Shown one piece after another: positions 47,335 to 57,951 of a stretch of DNA of 64,000 nt. The notes beneath the pieces are model-generated. The model was not told the origin of the DNA, did not search any database, and worked only from the letters and a program-made list of their open reading frames with translations. The stretch's first letter is position 1. The number at the start of each line of letters is the position of its first letter. Made by a program: the position numbers and the translations under genes. The stretch is from Myxococcota bacterium (GTDB taxonomy: Bacteria > Myxococcota_A > UBA9160 > JAFDDA01), in the NCBI GenBank assembly GCA_965228475.1, contig OZ245817.1, positions 3,072,001 through 3,136,000 on the forward strand, in the 5' to 3' direction.

Positions 47335-48729
47335 TTGTATCGGAAGATCCAGCGCATCCACTTCGTGGGAATCGGCGGGATCGGCATGTGCGGGCTCGCG
47401 GAGCTCCTCCAGAGCCAGGGCTACCACGTGTCCGGAAGCGACCTGCGCGAAGGACCGACCGTGCGGCGCCTGCGCGAACTCGGCGTGCGCGTCGAGACCG
47501 GACACTCCCCGGAGAACGTCGCCGACGCCGACGTCGTGGTCTTCTCGACCGCGGTAGCCCGGGACAACCCGGAGATCCGCTTTGCGGAGGCCCACAAGAT
47601 CCCGGTGATCCGCCGCGCGGAGATGCTCGCCGAGGTGATGCGCCTGAAGGACGGCATCGCCGTCGCCGGCACCCATGGCAAGACCACGACGACATCCCTG
47701 GCCGCCCACGTCCTCCATGCCGCCGGCCTCGACCCGACGGCCGTGATCGGCGGGCGCGTGCTCGGCACCGGCGCCGACCACCAGACCACGGGCGCCCGCC
47801 TCGGCCACGGCGACCTGCTCGTCGCCGAAGCCGACGAGAGCGACGGCTCCTTCCTCCGCCTCGCGCCGGTGATCGGCGTGATCACGAACATCGACCCGGA
47901 GCACCTCGACCACTACGGGAGCGAAGAGGCGCTGCGCGAGGCGTTCATCGCCTTCGCGAACCGCGTGCCCTTCTGGGGGGTGACGATCCTCTGCCTCGAC
48001 CACCCGGGCGTGCAGGCCATCCTGCCCTCGCTCACGCGCCGCGTCTCGACCTACGGCTTCTCCTCCCAGGCGGACCTCGTCGGCTACGACCTCGAGCCCT
48101 CGGGCTGGGGGACGCGCTTCCACGTCCGGCACCACGGCGAGAAGCTCGGCGCGGTCGAGTTCGCGCTGGCGGGCCGCCACAACGTCGCGAACGCGCTCGC
48201 GGCGATCGCCGTCGCCCTCGAGCTCGAGGTGCCCTTCCCCGTCGCCGCCGAGGCGCTTGCGGCCTTCCACGGCATCGAGCGCCGCTTCGAACTCAAGGGG
48301 GAAGCGGCCGGTGTGCGCGTCGTCGACGACTACGGCCACCATCCGGCGGAGGTTCGCGCGACGCTCGCGGCCGCGCGCGCCGTGCACGACGGACGCATCG
48401 TCGTCGTCTTCCAGCCCCACCGCTACACGCGGACCCGCGACCTGCTGACCGACTTCGCCACCGCGTTCAACGACGCCGACCACCTCGTCGTGACCGACGT
48501 CTACGCGGCCGGCGAAGCGCCCATCGAGGGAGCGGACGCGCCGGCGCTCGTCGAGGCCATCCGCAGCCACGGCCACCGGGAGACCCATCACGTGGCGGAC
48601 CTCGAAGAAGTGCCCGCGCGGCTCGTGCCCGAGCTCCGCGCCGGGGACCTCCTCATCACCCTCGGCGCCGGGAGCGTGGTCGGTCTCGGCCCGAAGCTCC
48701 TGGCCGCCCTCGAGGCGCGCGGCACATGA
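47335..48729 (+). CDS. murC: UDP-MurNAc:L-Ala ligase
   Basis: [47 protein letters not shown] start. Confidence 0.95.
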   Translation: MYRKIQRIHFVGIGGIGMCGLAELLQSQGYHVSGSDLREGPTVRRLRELGVRVETGHSPENVADADVVVFSTAVARDNPEIRFAEAHKIPVIRRAEMLAEVMRLKDGIAVAGTHGKTTTTSLAAHVLHAAGLDPTAVIGGRVLGTGADHQTTGARLGHGDLLVAEADESDGSFLRLAPVIGVITNIDPEHLDHYGSEEALREAFIAFANRVPFWGVTILCLDHPGVQAILPSLTRRVSTYGFSSQADLVGYDLEPSGWGTRFHVRHHGEKLGAVEFALAGRHNVANALAAIAVALELEVPFPVAAEALAAFHGIERRFELKGEAAGVRVVDDYGHHPAEVRATLAAARAVHDGRIVVVFQPHRYTRTRDLLTDFATAFNDADHLVVTDVYAAGEAPIEGADAPALVEAIRSHGHRETHHVADLEEVPARLVPELRAGDLLITLGAGSVVGLGPKLLAALEARGT

Positions 48730-49655
48730 GCCACCCCGCCATCGACGACGCCGGACGCAAGGAGCTGCGGGGCCTGCTCGAAGGCCGCGTGGCCTTCGAC
48801 GTCCCGATGGCGCGCTTCACTTCGCTGCGCGTGGGCGGCCCGGTCGATGCCCTTGCGACGCCGGCCGACCGCGCCGAGCTCGCGAGCCTGCTCGCCCTGG
48901 CGAAGCGCCACGGCTGGCCCGCGTTCGTGATCGGCTCGGGCTTCAACACCGTCGTGCGCGACGAGGGGCTCGCGGGGCTCGCGCTGCGCCTCTCCGCGTT
49001 CCGCGCGCTCGAGATCGGAAAGGATGGGCTCGTGTTCGCCGAGGCCGGCGTGAGCCATGCGAGCCTGACCCGCCGCTGCCAGAGCGAAGGCCTCGGCGGT
49101 CTGGCCTTCGGCGCGGGAATCCCCGGCACGATCGGCGGCTGGGTCGCCATGAACGCGGGCATCGGAAGCCGGGAAGTGAAGGACGTCGTCGACGCGATCG
49201 AGGCGATCGCCCCGGGCGAAGCCGAGACCCGGTGGTTCGAGCGCGACGCGCTCGACTTCCGCTACCGCGAGCTGCGCGGCCTCGCACCCGGCACCGTGAT
49301 CGTGGCGGCCCGCTTCCGGACCGAGCCCTCGACCCCGGAAGCCGTCAAGGCCGAAACCGACGCGTTGCTCGCGAAGCGCAGTGCCAGCCAGCCCCTCGAC
49401 GTGCCCTCGTGCGGCTCGGTCTTCAAGAACCCGCCCGGCGATTTCGCAGGGCGCTTGATCGAGGCGGCCGGGCTCAAGGGAGAACGCGTCGGCAACGCCG
49501 AGATCTCAACGACCCACGCCAACTTCATCGTGAACCGCGGCGGGGCTTCGACGGCGGACGTCGTCGCGCTCATCGAACGGGCGCGCCAGGAAGTCGCGCG
49601 CACCGCCGGCATCTCGCTCGAAACCGAAGTCCGCATCCTGGGACGGACGACGTGA
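48726..49655 (+). CDS. murB: UDP-N-acetylenolpyruvoylglucosamine reductase
   Basis: [36 protein letters not shown]. Confidence 0.95.
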   Translation: MSHPAIDDAGRKELRGLLEGRVAFDVPMARFTSLRVGGPVDALATPADRAELASLLALAKRHGWPAFVIGSGFNTVVRDEGLAGLALRLSAFRALEIGKDGLVFAEAGVSHASLTRRCQSEGLGGLAFGAGIPGTIGGWVAMNAGIGSREVKDVVDAIEAIAPGEAETRWFERDALDFRYRELRGLAPGTVIVAARFRTEPSTPEAVKAETDALLAKRSASQPLDVPSCGSVFKNPPGDFAGRLIEAAGLKGERVGNAEISTTHANFIVNRGGASTADVVALIERARQEVARTAGISLETEVRILGRTT

Positions 49656-49680
49656 GCGCCTGGAAGCTCGGGAGGACGAC

Positions 49681-50586
49681 ATGAAGAGACGGACCCAGAC
49701 GCGGCCGGGCGTTCGCCGGCGCGGCAAGCCGTCGGCGAGCCGCATGGCCGGGACCCGCGTGAGCGCGCCGGCCGAGGAGCCGAGCCGGGTGGGACGACAG
49801 GTGGCGGCGGTCGGCGGCGTCCTGCTCCTGCTGGCGGCGGTCGCAGCGGCCCCCCATGCCTACCGACTCGCGCAGGACGCCCTCCACCAGGAGCCGTTCC
49901 TTCTGGCCGAGCTCACCGTCGCCGGGCTCGATCGCCTCGAACCCGCGGCGATCCGCAGCGCGCTCGCCCTCGAGCCCGGGACGCCGCTCGTCGAGCTCGA
50001 CGTCGACGCGGCCCGGGCGCGTCTCGTGGCCCATCCCTGGGTCGCCGAGGCCTCGGTCGTCCGCTGGCCGCCGGACGGCGTGCGCGTCGAGGTCCGCGAG
50101 CAGGTGGCCCTCGCCGTCGCCCGGGCGGGAGAGGCCCGCCGCTTCCACGCGGTCAACGCCTCGGGTGTGGCCTTCGCCGAGGCCAGCGAAGCGGACGTCG
50201 CGCGGCTGGTTCACGTCGCGCTGGAACCCGCCCCGGAGGTCGGCGTGGCGGACGGGCGGCTGACGGAAGCGCTCGCGATGGCGGCCTCGTTCCAGACCCG
50301 CGGCCTCGAGGTGCCGCGCCAGGTCCGCGTCGGGCTTCCCGCGCGCGAGCAGAGCGCCGAGCTGCGCCTCCGCGGCTTCGCGCCGGCGGTCTGGATCGAG
50401 CGCGGGCGCCACGAAGAACAGCTCGACCGGCTGGCGACGCTCCTGGCGTCGAGCCTCCCGGCCGCGAACGAAGCGCGCCTGATCGACCTGCGCTTCTCCG
50501 GCCGCGCGGTGCTCTGGGCGGGCGACGAAGAGAACGCGAAGGAAACCGCTTCCGCCGAGAGCGACCGCGCGGACCGCGGGGCGTAG
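49681..50586 (+). CDS. ftsQ: Cell division protein FtsQ/DivIB
   Basis: Basic N-tail, TM, POTRA (HPWVAEASVVRWPPDGVRVEVRE), IDLRF; lies before ftsA. Confidence 0.88.
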   Translation: MKRRTQTRPGVRRRGKPSASRMAGTRVSAPAEEPSRVGRQVAAVGGVLLLLAAVAAAPHAYRLAQDALHQEPFLLAELTVAGLDRLEPAAIRSALALEPGTPLVELDVDAARARLVAHPWVAEASVVRWPPDGVRVEVREQVALAVARAGEARRFHAVNASGVAFAEASEADVARLVHVALEPAPEVGVADGRLTEALAMAASFQTRGLEVPRQVRVGLPAREQSAELRLRGFAPAVWIERGRHEEQLDRLATLLASSLPAANEARLIDLRFSGRAVLWAGDEENAKETASAESDRADRGA

Positions 50587-50706
50587 GGGCACGAAGAATT
50601 TCGCGGCGGCCCGGACGGGCCGGCGCGGGACGCGGGGGCGCGAGGGTGCGCCGCCGCAAACAGCGGCCCACCGGGAGACCGGCGGCCGCACACGGGGGGG
50701 TGAGAC

Positions 50707-51939
50707 ATGGCTAGAAAAGACGAGCTGATCGTCGGGCTCGACATCGGCACCACCAAGGTCTGCGCGGTGGTGGCCGAGAGCACGGAAGACGGCATGGACG
50801 TGGTCGGGATCGGGACGCACCCGTCCAAGGGGCTCCGCAAGGGCGTGGTGGTCGACATCGACGCCACGGTCCAGTCCATCAAGCACGCCATCGAAGAAGC
50901 CGAGCTGATGGCCGACTGCGAGATCACTTCGGTCTACGCCGGCATCGCCGGCGGCCACATCCGCGGGATGAACTCCCACGGCGTGGTGGCGGTGAAGGAC
51001 CAGGAGGTCGCCGCGATCGACGTGAAGCGGGTGATCGACAACGCGAAGGCGGTGGCGATCCCCATGGATCGCGAGGTGATCCACGTGATCCCGCAGGAGT
51101 ACGTGATCGACGACCAGGACGGCGTGCGCGAGCCCATGGGCATGAGCGGCGTACGCCTGGAGGCGAAGGTCCACATCGTGACGGCCGCCGTGACGAGCGC
51201 GCAGAACATCGTGAAGTGCGCCAACCAGGCCGGCCTGAACGTGATGGACATCGTGCTCGAGCCGCTCGCATCGGCCGAAGCCGTGCTCTCGGACGACGAG
51301 CGGGATCTCGGCGTCTGCCTGATCGACATCGGCGGCGGCACGACGGACATCGCCGTGTTCGCCGACGGTTCGATCAAGCACACCTCGGTGCTCGGGCTCG
51401 GCGGCTACCACATCAGCAACGACATCGCGGTCGGGCTGCGCACGCCCTTCGACGAAGCCGAACGCATCAAGAAGATGTTCGGCGTCGCCTCGGCGCGGTA
51501 TCTCGCGAGCGACGACGTGATCTCGGTGCCGAGCGTCGGCGGCCGCAAGCCGCGCGACGTCTCGCGCAAGATCCTCTGCGAGATCATCGAACCGCGCGCC
51601 GAGGAGATCCTCTCCCTGGCCAAGCAGGAGGTCAGCAAGGCCGGCCTCGACTCGCGCATGCCCTCGGGCGTGGTGCTCACGGGCGGTGCCTCGGCGCTCG
51701 AAGGCATCGCCGAGCTCGCGGAGGAGATCTTCGAAGCGCCGGTGCGGCGGGGATCCCCGATGCACGTGGGTGGGCTCCAGGACGTGGTCCGGAGCCCGAT
51801 GTACGCCACCGGGGTGGGCCTCGTGGCCTTCGGGATGACCCAGGGCGGGGGCCGCAGCGGCTTCCCGATCCGGGAAGGCTCGAAGTTCAAGGCCGTGCTC
51901 CAGCGCATGCGGGACTGGTTCCACGACGGCTGGAAGTAG
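50707..51939 (+). CDS. ftsA: Cell division protein FtsA
   Basis: [32 protein letters not shown]-terminal amphipathic helix. Confidence 0.97.
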   Translation: MARKDELIVGLDIGTTKVCAVVAESTEDGMDVVGIGTHPSKGLRKGVVVDIDATVQSIKHAIEEAELMADCEITSVYAGIAGGHIRGMNSHGVVAVKDQEVAAIDVKRVIDNAKAVAIPMDREVIHVIPQEYVIDDQDGVREPMGMSGVRLEAKVHIVTAAVTSAQNIVKCANQAGLNVMDIVLEPLASAEAVLSDDERDLGVCLIDIGGGTTDIAVFADGSIKHTSVLGLGGYHISNDIAVGLRTPFDEAERIKKMFGVASARYLASDDVISVPSVGGRKPRDVSRKILCEIIEPRAEEILSLAKQEVSKAGLDSRMPSGVVLTGGASALEGIAELAEEIFEAPVRRGSPMHVGGLQDVVRSPMYATGVGLVAFGMTQGGGRSGFPIREGSKFKAVLQRMRDWFHDGWK

Positions 51940-52034
51940 CGGCCCAAGGGGCTCGAAGGGGTCGCAACTTTCGAGCCAAATGGCTGGGAAAGCAGGATCT
52001 TTTCATTAGAATCTCGTTCCACGGGGGTGAGACG

Positions 52035-53417
52035 ATGGCCAATCGACGTAGGCGCAAGAACACACAGGGCCCGAAGGACCGCAGCGGCGAGGTCGCCGCG
52101 GGCGAGACGCCCGAGCTGCTGGAGCTCGGGCCCGACGGCGGGAGCGACGACGAACTGCTCGAGTTCGACGGCGCCTCCCAGCTGAAGGCCACCATCAAGG
52201 TGGTCGGAGTCGGAGGCGGTGGCGGCAACGCCATCAACACGATGATCGAGTCCGAGCTCGGCGGCGTGGAGTTCATCGCCGCGAACACGGACGCCCAGGC
52301 GCTCGAGCACAGCAAGGCGCCGACGCGGCTTCAGCTCGGCACCGAGGTCACGCGTGGCCTCGGCTGCGGCGCGAACCCGGAGAAGGGCAAGTCCTCGGCC
52401 GAGGAAGTGCACGACCGCATCCACGACGAACTCGCCGGCGCCGACATGGTGTTCGTGACGGCGGGCCTCGGCGGCGGCACCGGCACGGGCGCGGCCCCGG
52501 TGGTGGCGAAGATCGCGCGCGAGGTCGGTGCGCTCACCGTCGCCGTCGTGACCAAGCCCTTCACCTTCGAAGGCAAGGTGCGCGGCAAGCACGCGGACCG
52601 CGGCATGGAGGAGCTCCACCGCACGGTGGACACGCTGATCACGATCCCGAACGATCGGCTGCTCAACCTCGCCGGCAAGAAGACGGCCATGAAGGACGCC
52701 TTCCGCCTGGCGGACGACGTGCTGCTGAACGCCGTGAAGGGCATCTCGGATCTGATCACCGTGCACGGCCTGGTGAACCTCGACTTCGCCGACGTGCGCA
52801 CGATCATGAACGAGATGGGCATGGCGCTCATGGGAACGGGCATCTCGAGCGGCGAAGACCGGGCGGCGGAAGCCGCGCGGGCGGCCATCTCGAGCCCGCT
52901 GCTCGAGGACCTCTCGATCGAGGGGGCGCGCGGCGTGCTGATCAACATCAGCGGCAGCGACGACCTCACGCTCTTCGAGGTGAACGAGGCGTCCATGGTG
53001 ATCCAGGAAGCCGCCCACGAGGATGCGAACATCATCTTCGGCGCGGTGATCGACGAGGAGATCCCGGAAGGCGAGGTGCGGGTGACCGTGATCGCGACCG
53101 GCCTCGAGGACGATCGCCCCGGCCGCGGCCTGCCCTACGACGACCACGTCTCGGTGACGCCGCCGCCGCGGCTCGTCGAGGTGCCCCGCCGCGAAGCGCC
53201 GCCGGCGTTCAGCGCCGAGACGGTGGCGGAGATGCCGGTGGATCCGCCGGCGCCGGCTCAGGACCCGACGGCCACCGACGGCTGGCCGGTGGACTCGCCC
53301 TACGAGGACGAGCTCGACGTGCCGACCTTCCTTCGCAACCGGACGCGGGATCCGGAGGCGGAGGAGGAGGACGAGGCGTTCGAGGATCCGGCGTTTCTGA
53401 GGCGGTCTGCGGACTAG
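52035..53417 (+). CDS. ftsZ: Cell division protein FtsZ
   Basis: [35 protein letters not shown]; ~45-aa N-terminal extension. Confidence 0.97.
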   Translation: MANRRRRKNTQGPKDRSGEVAAGETPELLELGPDGGSDDELLEFDGASQLKATIKVVGVGGGGGNAINTMIESELGGVEFIAANTDAQALEHSKAPTRLQLGTEVTRGLGCGANPEKGKSSAEEVHDRIHDELAGADMVFVTAGLGGGTGTGAAPVVAKIAREVGALTVAVVTKPFTFEGKVRGKHADRGMEELHRTVDTLITIPNDRLLNLAGKKTAMKDAFRLADDVLLNAVKGISDLITVHGLVNLDFADVRTIMNEMGMALMGTGISSGEDRAAEAARAAISSPLLEDLSIEGARGVLINISGSDDLTLFEVNEASMVIQEAAHEDANIIFGAVIDEEIPEGEVRVTVIATGLEDDRPGRGLPYDDHVSVTPPPRLVEVPRREAPPAFSAETVAEMPVDPPAPAQDPTATDGWPVDSPYEDELDVPTFLRNRTRDPEAEEEDEAFEDPAFLRRSAD

Positions 53418-53440
53418 GGGATCGGTCTCATCCCGTTCGG

Positions 53441-53475
53441 AGGGCCCGGTGGCTTTGGCTGCCGGGCCCTTTTCT
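53441..53475 (+). terminator. Intrinsic terminator after ftsZ
   Basis: AGGGCCCGGTGGC-TTTG-GCTGCCGGGCCCT followed by TTTCT. Confidence 0.8.
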
Positions 53476-53490
53476 ATTGGCCTCGGCTCG

Positions 53491-53611
53491 CGCGACGGGG
53501 CCGGGGTGGGCTTCCGCTCATGGCTCGCCCGGGCCACCGGGTTGCTCGTTTGCTGTTTGGGAGGCCCGGGCTGCGCTTTACTTCGCTGAAGCCCACCCCG
53601 GCCCCGCCGCG
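53491..53611. repeat. Structured dispersed element, copy 2 (27-bp arms, 25/27 paired)
   Basis: 53491-53517 pairs with 53585-53611; shares GCTCATGGCTCGCCC and CGGGCTGCGCTTT(T)ACTTCGC with copy 1. Confidence 0.85.
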
Positions 53612-53645
53612 ATCGTGGGTTCCTCGAACTCTTGGAGAACACGAC

Positions 53646-54458
53646 ATGTCCGACCTGGTCCTGTCTGCGCGCGATGGCGACGTCGTCACGTTGACTTTGA
53701 ACAATCCGAAGCGGCGGAATGCGATGACGGAGGCGATGGGGGAGGCGTTTTCGGCGGAGGTCGGGCGGCTCGTCGGGGACGAGACGATTCGGGCCGTAGT
53801 GCTCACCGGCTCCGAGGAGGGGCGCGCGTTCTGTGCGGGCGGGGATCTCGGAATGATCGGCGGGCATGCGGACCGGGGTGTCGAGAGCCCGGTGGATGCA
53901 CGCAACGCGGCGCGGGACACGATGAAGAACTTCTATGGGCTCTTCCTGTGCGTGCGGGACCTCCCCTGCCCCACCATTGCCGCCATCAACGGACACGCCA
54001 TCGGCGCGGGGCTGTGCGTCACGCTCGGCTGCGATTTCCGCGTCGCCGCGAGCGATGCGAAGCTCGCCTTCAACTTCACCCAACTGGGCATCCACCCCGG
54101 GATGGGCGCCACCTGGACGCTCCCGCGCCTGGTCGGCCCCGCCATCGCGGCGGACCTGCTCTATACCGGCCGCACCGTGCGCGGCGAGGAGGCCGCCTCG
54201 CTCGGGCTGGTGAACCGCGCCGTGGCGTCCGGCTCGGTCGCACGGGTGGCACGCGAACTGGCCGAGACGCTTTCGACGAGCGCACCGCTGCCCGTGCGCG
54301 GCTTGAAGCAGGCCCTGCGCCACAGCCTCGACCGCTCCCTCGACGAAGCGCTGACCTTCGAGGCCGAGCAGCAGGCGCTCTGCTACGAGACCGAAGACAT
54401 GCAGGAGGGACTCGCCGCCGCCCGGGAGAGACGGGCGGCGGCGTTCACCGGACGCTGA
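53646..54458 (+). CDS. Enoyl-CoA hydratase/isomerase family protein
   Basis: LNNPKRRNAM, AFCAGGDL, AINGHAIGAG, LGIHPGMG; GGAG SD. Confidence 0.92.
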   Translation: MSDLVLSARDGDVVTLTLNNPKRRNAMTEAMGEAFSAEVGRLVGDETIRAVVLTGSEEGRAFCAGGDLGMIGGHADRGVESPVDARNAARDTMKNFYGLFLCVRDLPCPTIAAINGHAIGAGLCVTLGCDFRVAASDAKLAFNFTQLGIHPGMGATWTLPRLVGPAIAADLLYTGRTVRGEEAASLGLVNRAVASGSVARVARELAETLSTSAPLPVRGLKQALRHSLDRSLDEALTFEAEQQALCYETEDMQEGLAAARERRAAAFTGR

Positions 54459-54465
54459 GCCCCGC

Positions 54466-54487
54466 GGCCCGGCCTTCGGGCCGGGCC
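54466..54487. terminator. GC-rich hairpin between convergent genes
   Basis: GGCCCGGCC-TTCG-GGCCGGGCC; no U-tract. Confidence 0.5.
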
Positions 54488-54497
54488 CGCAGCGGAG

Positions 54498-54848
54498 CTA
54501 GGCCGCTTCCGGCGTCGGCCGGCGCTGGCGCCGGGAGCGGGCGCCCGAGGCCAGCCGGTCTTCGACCCGCGCGATGCGCCTCCGGGCTCGCTTCAGCGCG
54601 TCGCCCAGGGCCGTGCGCGGGTCGTCCGCGTCGGATCGCACCACGATCGATCGTCCGCGGTGGGTCTCCAGAACCAGTCGGCAGCTCTTGTCGGCCCCGC
54701 CGCGCGGGCCGTTCTCGTCGCGGAGGAAGACCCGGACGCGCGCCAGGCGATGCTTCCATCGGCCGAGGGTCGTGCGGATCCGGCTCTCGGCGTGCCTCCG
54801 GAAGCGCGGCGGGAGTTCGTCGAACGGAGCGTAGATCTGGGTCTGCAT
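54498..54848 (-). CDS. HPF/RaiA-family ribosome-associated protein (short type)
   Basis: RVRVFLRDENGPRGGADKSCRL motif; GAGGAG SD before ATG 54848 (alternative start 54872). Confidence 0.8.
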   Translation of the reverse strand: MQTQIYAPFDELPPRFRRHAESRIRTTLGRWKHRLARVRVFLRDENGPRGGADKSCRLVLETHRGRSIVVRSDADDPRTALGDALKRARRRIARVEDRLASGARSRRQRRPTPEAA

Positions 54849-54878
54849 GGCCAACTTCTCCTCTCGGTTCATGAAGTC

Positions 54879-54945
54879 ATCATCGGCAGGGATGCTCGGT
54901 TCGACAATGAGGAACTTTGGCGCGAATCCATCGTCTTTTACGATG
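54879..54945 (-). promoter_or_regulatory. LysR-type (T-N11-A) activated promoter of the HPF-like gene
   Basis: CATCGT-N5-ACGATG dyad; T-N11-A core, 23 nt, TTGTCG, 17 nt, GATGAT. Confidence 0.55.
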
Positions 54946-54956
54946 TTCGGGCCGCC

Positions 54957-55802
54957 CTAGCCCGCCAGGATCCGGTACCCCCCGTCGACGTTGCGGATCT
55001 CCCCGGTGATCGCGTGCCCCGGCGAGAGCAGGTGGACGACCTCGCGCGCCAGGTCCCGAGGCTTGGCGTTCCCGAGCGCCGTCTTTTCCTCACAGGCGGC
55101 CGCCGCCTCGGCCAGGCCGGGGATCGCTCCGCCCGCGCGCGAAGCGGCGTAGGGCGAGAAGCGGACGGCGTTCACCCGGATCCCGTGGGACGACCCGAGC
55201 TCGTGGGCCAGCTCGACGCTGATGCGCTCGAGGGCGGACTTCGCGACGGCGACGTTCTTGTAGGGGTGCGGCACGACGCGCTCGGCGCCGAGATAGCTGA
55301 GGCTGACGACGCTCGCTCCGGCCTCGAGCGCGCCGGCGCCGAGCAGGCGCTGCACCAGCGCGATCAACGAGTAGGCCGACACGTCCATGCAGTCGAGGAA
55401 CTCCTCGCGCGTCACCGAGAGCAGGGAGCGCACGCCGTCTCCGCCGAGCGTCCGGTCGCGCGCGACGGCATGGACCACGCCGTCGAGCGGCCCGTCCGCC
55501 GCGATCTCCTCGGCGAGCTCGTCGAGGGAGGCGTCGATCGAGAGGTCGCATGCGATCGCCTGGGCCTCGTCGCTGACGGACTTCCGGAGCGTCTCCCGGA
55601 ACGAATCGAAGGTCGCCTCGAGGTGCCGCGCGGCGCGCTCCGAGAGCCCCGCGTGGTGCTTCGTGAGACCGAGGCCGCTGCAGACCAGGGTCGCCCCGGC
55701 TGCGGCCAGCTCGGCCGCGATGGTCGTCGCGAGCGACGCATCGTCCGCGATCCCGGTCACCAGATAGCGTCGGCCCGCCAGAGGCCTTTGTTCCGAACTC
55801 AC
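54957..55802 (-). CDS. Enoyl-ACP reductase (FabI-like SDR)
   Basis: LVTGIADDASLA, MDVSAYSL, LSYLGAERVVPHPYKNVAVAKSALE, ITGE..VDGG; GTGA overlap with the BON gene. Confidence 0.8.
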   Translation of the reverse strand: MSSEQRPLAGRRYLVTGIADDASLATTIAAELAAAGATLVCSGLGLTKHHAGLSERAARHLEATFDSFRETLRKSVSDEAQAIACDLSIDASLDELAEEIAADGPLDGVVHAVARDRTLGGDGVRSLLSVTREEFLDCMDVSAYSLIALVQRLLGAGALEAGASVVSLSYLGAERVVPHPYKNVAVAKSALERISVELAHELGSSHGIRVNAVRFSPYAASRAGGAIPGLAEAAAACEEKTALGNAKPRDLAREVVHLLSPGHAITGEIRNVDGGYRILAG

Positions 55803-56377
55803 GAGAGTCCTCCGCTCTGCGGCGCCGGTTTGGAGAGCTCTCCGGGCGGCGCCATCGCCAGGAGAACCGCGTCGATCTGGACGTCCACCACGCCCGCGAT
55901 GCGTGCGATGCGATGCTTCAGGGTCAACACGTCCGCAGGGTTCTGGAACGTGGCGCGCAGCCGGACGACGCCGCTCGCGACCTGCACTTCCGGGTCGGTT
56001 CCGAGCAGGCGGCCGTCGGCCTCCAGGACCATCCGGACCTGGCGCTCGATGGTGGAGTCGCGCTCGAGGCCACTCACCACGACGCGCAGCTCGTTGTCGA
56101 GATCCACGACGCCGGGCGTCGTCCAGGCGGCCCGCTCGGCCTGAAGGGACTGGTCGAGGAGCTGGACCCGGCCCTGCAGCAGGACGCGGCCGTCCTGGAC
56201 GCGGACGCGGATCTCCGCGCCGCCGAGATCGTCGAGGGCCTCGAGGCGCGCCTCGATGGCGGCGCGAACGGCAGCGTCGCTCGGGGGCGGCGCGGCCCGA
56301 ACGGCTCCTGCGATCCACGCGAGAAGCACCGCCAACCCGATCCCGCCGAGGCGAAGCGGGCCAGCGCCCGCTCTCAT
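55799..56377 (-). CDS. Secreted dual-BON-domain protein
   Basis: Signal peptide; SDAAVRAAI..IRVRVQDGRVLLQG..PGVVDLDNEL plus a second BON repeat. Confidence 0.82.
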   Translation of the reverse strand: MRAGAGPLRLGGIGLAVLLAWIAGAVRAAPPPSDAAVRAAIEARLEALDDLGGAEIRVRVQDGRVLLQGRVQLLDQSLQAERAAWTTPGVVDLDNELRVVVSGLERDSTIERQVRMVLEADGRLLGTDPEVQVASGVVRLRATFQNPADVLTLKHRIARIAGVVDVQIDAVLLAMAPPGELSKPAPQSGGLS

Positions 56378-57111
56378 GAAGCCACCCCGAGCCGGGGTGG
56401 CGGGGCGGCCGCCGCCGCGCCCGCCGCTGCCGGAACCCCGACCTCCTGATGGATGGAGGCGACCAGCGGGGCGGGCAGCTCGAGCCGGGCGGCCAGCATG
56501 GCCAGGTAGGCCCGCTCCGCCGCCGTATCCACCTCGATCGCGAGGAGCGAAGCCGTGTAGATCTCGACGGCGATCTCGACCGAGGTCGCGGCGGCCACCA
56601 GCTCGTTCAGGTCGACCGGGTTCCCGAGGTGCGCCAGCAACGTCGCCTTTTCGGCCTCGGAGAGGTCGAGGGCGCCGACGCGCTCGTAGATGGCATGGCG
56701 CTCCGCACCGTCGAGCTTGCCATCGGCCTGGGCCGCGGCGGCCATGGCCCGGATCAGGGTGAAGGCCAGGAGCTCCCCGCCGCCCTGGCTCTCGGGCACG
56801 AAGCGCTCGAGCGCCGGCGCGCCCGCGGGCGAAGCGGCGTGCTGGGGGGCAGAGGGCGCCGAGGGCGCCATCGCGGGCGCTCCGGCCGGGGCCGCGGCTC
56901 CGCCGGCCTGGCCCTCGCGGTACTTCTGGAAGGCCGCGTAGGCCACGCCGCCCACCGCGGCGATCCCGCCCACCTTCAACGCCTTCTTCCCGAACTTCCG
57001 GCCGGCCTTGCTCGTGAGGAGGCCGCTCGCCAGACCGCCGGCCAATCCGCCGGCGAACCCCGAGGCGGCTCCGCTTCCAAGGATCTGGGACAGGATGCGA
57101 TCGGTTCCCAT
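56374..57111 (-). CDS. DUF533 (TerB-like/YebE) membrane protein
   Basis: Gly-rich TM, LIRAMAAAAQADG, EIYTASLLAI, ERAYLAMLAARL. Confidence 0.85.
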   Translation of the reverse strand: MGTDRILSQILGSGAASGFAGGLAGGLASGLLTSKAGRKFGKKALKVGGIAAVGGVAYAAFQKYREGQAGGAAAPAGAPAMAPSAPSAPQHAASPAGAPALERFVPESQGGGELLAFTLIRAMAAAAQADGKLDGAERHAIYERVGALDLSEAEKATLLAHLGNPVDLNELVAAATSVEIAVEIYTASLLAIEVDTAAERAYLAMLAARLELPAPLVASIHQEVGVPAAAGAAAAAPPPRLGVAS

Positions 57112-57155
57112 GGCGAGTCTCCCTTCCGGCCCGCACGGTCCGGGGCCTCGAGAGG

Positions 57156-57224
57156 AAGCTATGGCCAGGGCGACCTATCGACAAATAGGAAATCAGGGCG
57201 GGGGGATTCGATTTTTTCAATCGA
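57156..57224 (-). promoter_or_regulatory. LysR-type promoter of the DUF533-BON-fabI-like operon
   Basis: TTGAAAAAATCGA (T-N11-A), 23 nt, TTGTCG, 17 nt, TAGCTT; same layout as at 54879-54945. Confidence 0.55.
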
Positions 57225-57255
57225 TGGGAGTCGGGGAACGGCGCCCCATCGGCGC

Positions 57256-57702
57256 TCAGCCCGTCAGGCGTTTGCGCACGAGCGTGCTGACGAGCTTGCC
57301 GTCGGCGGCGGGCCCCAGGCGCGCGAGCGCCTCCTTCATGACCCGGCCCATCTCCTTCGGCGAGCTGGCCCCGGTCTCGGCGACGACCGCCTCCACCACC
57401 GCCGTGATCGCGGCCTCGTCGGGCGCCGCCGGCAGGTAGCCGTCGAGGATGGCCCGCTCGGCCGACTCCTTGTCCGCGAGATCCTGGCGCCCGGCCTCCT
57501 GGTAGCGCTCGGTGGCCTCTTCCCGCTGCTTGACCAGGGTCCGGATCACCCGGACGAGATCGTCCTCGGAGAGCTCCCCTCCGGCCTCGATCTCCTTGTT
57601 GCGGATGGCACCGCGCAGACCGCGGATGGTCTCGACGCGGAGCTTCTCGCGCGCCTTCATGGCCTGCTTCAGATCGGCCTCGAGCTGGTCCTGGAGCCCC
57701 AT
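57256..57702 (-). CDS. GatB/YqeY domain protein
   Basis: LKQAMKARE, KQREE..Y..AGRQDLA, YLP, KEMGRVM, ADGKLVS. Confidence 0.92.
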   Translation of the reverse strand: MGLQDQLEADLKQAMKAREKLRVETIRGLRGAIRNKEIEAGGELSEDDLVRVIRTLVKQREEATERYQEAGRQDLADKESAERAILDGYLPAAPDEAAITAVVEAVVAETGASSPKEMGRVMKEALARLGPAADGKLVSTLVRKRLTG

Positions 57703-57825
57703 TGCCACATCCTCGCCACATTCGGCCCGCGTTTTTCCGCGGGCAACGCCCCTCTCATTGGCTAAAACCAAGTCGGCCGTCAAGCAGGGTCCTGCGACGG
57801 CCGAGAGAGTGAGCAGGGGGGTCCG

Positions 57826-57927
57826 ATGCGCCGAGCCATGAAGAAGATCGTACGAAGCTCGGTGCTGTGGCTCGCCGTCGCCTATGTGGGCTGCCTCTTC
57901 CTCATGGCCCAGGCCTACGCCCAGTAG
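57826..57927 (+). CDS. Putative small membrane peptide (33 aa)
   Basis: MRRAMKKIVRSSVLWLAVAYVGCLFLMAQAYAQ*; purine-rich SD-like AGGGGG; fills the yqeY/ndk gap. Confidence 0.4.
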   Translation: MRRAMKKIVRSSVLWLAVAYVGCLFLMAQAYAQ

Positions 57928-57951
57928 CCACCCGGACCGGGGGCGCTCCGT

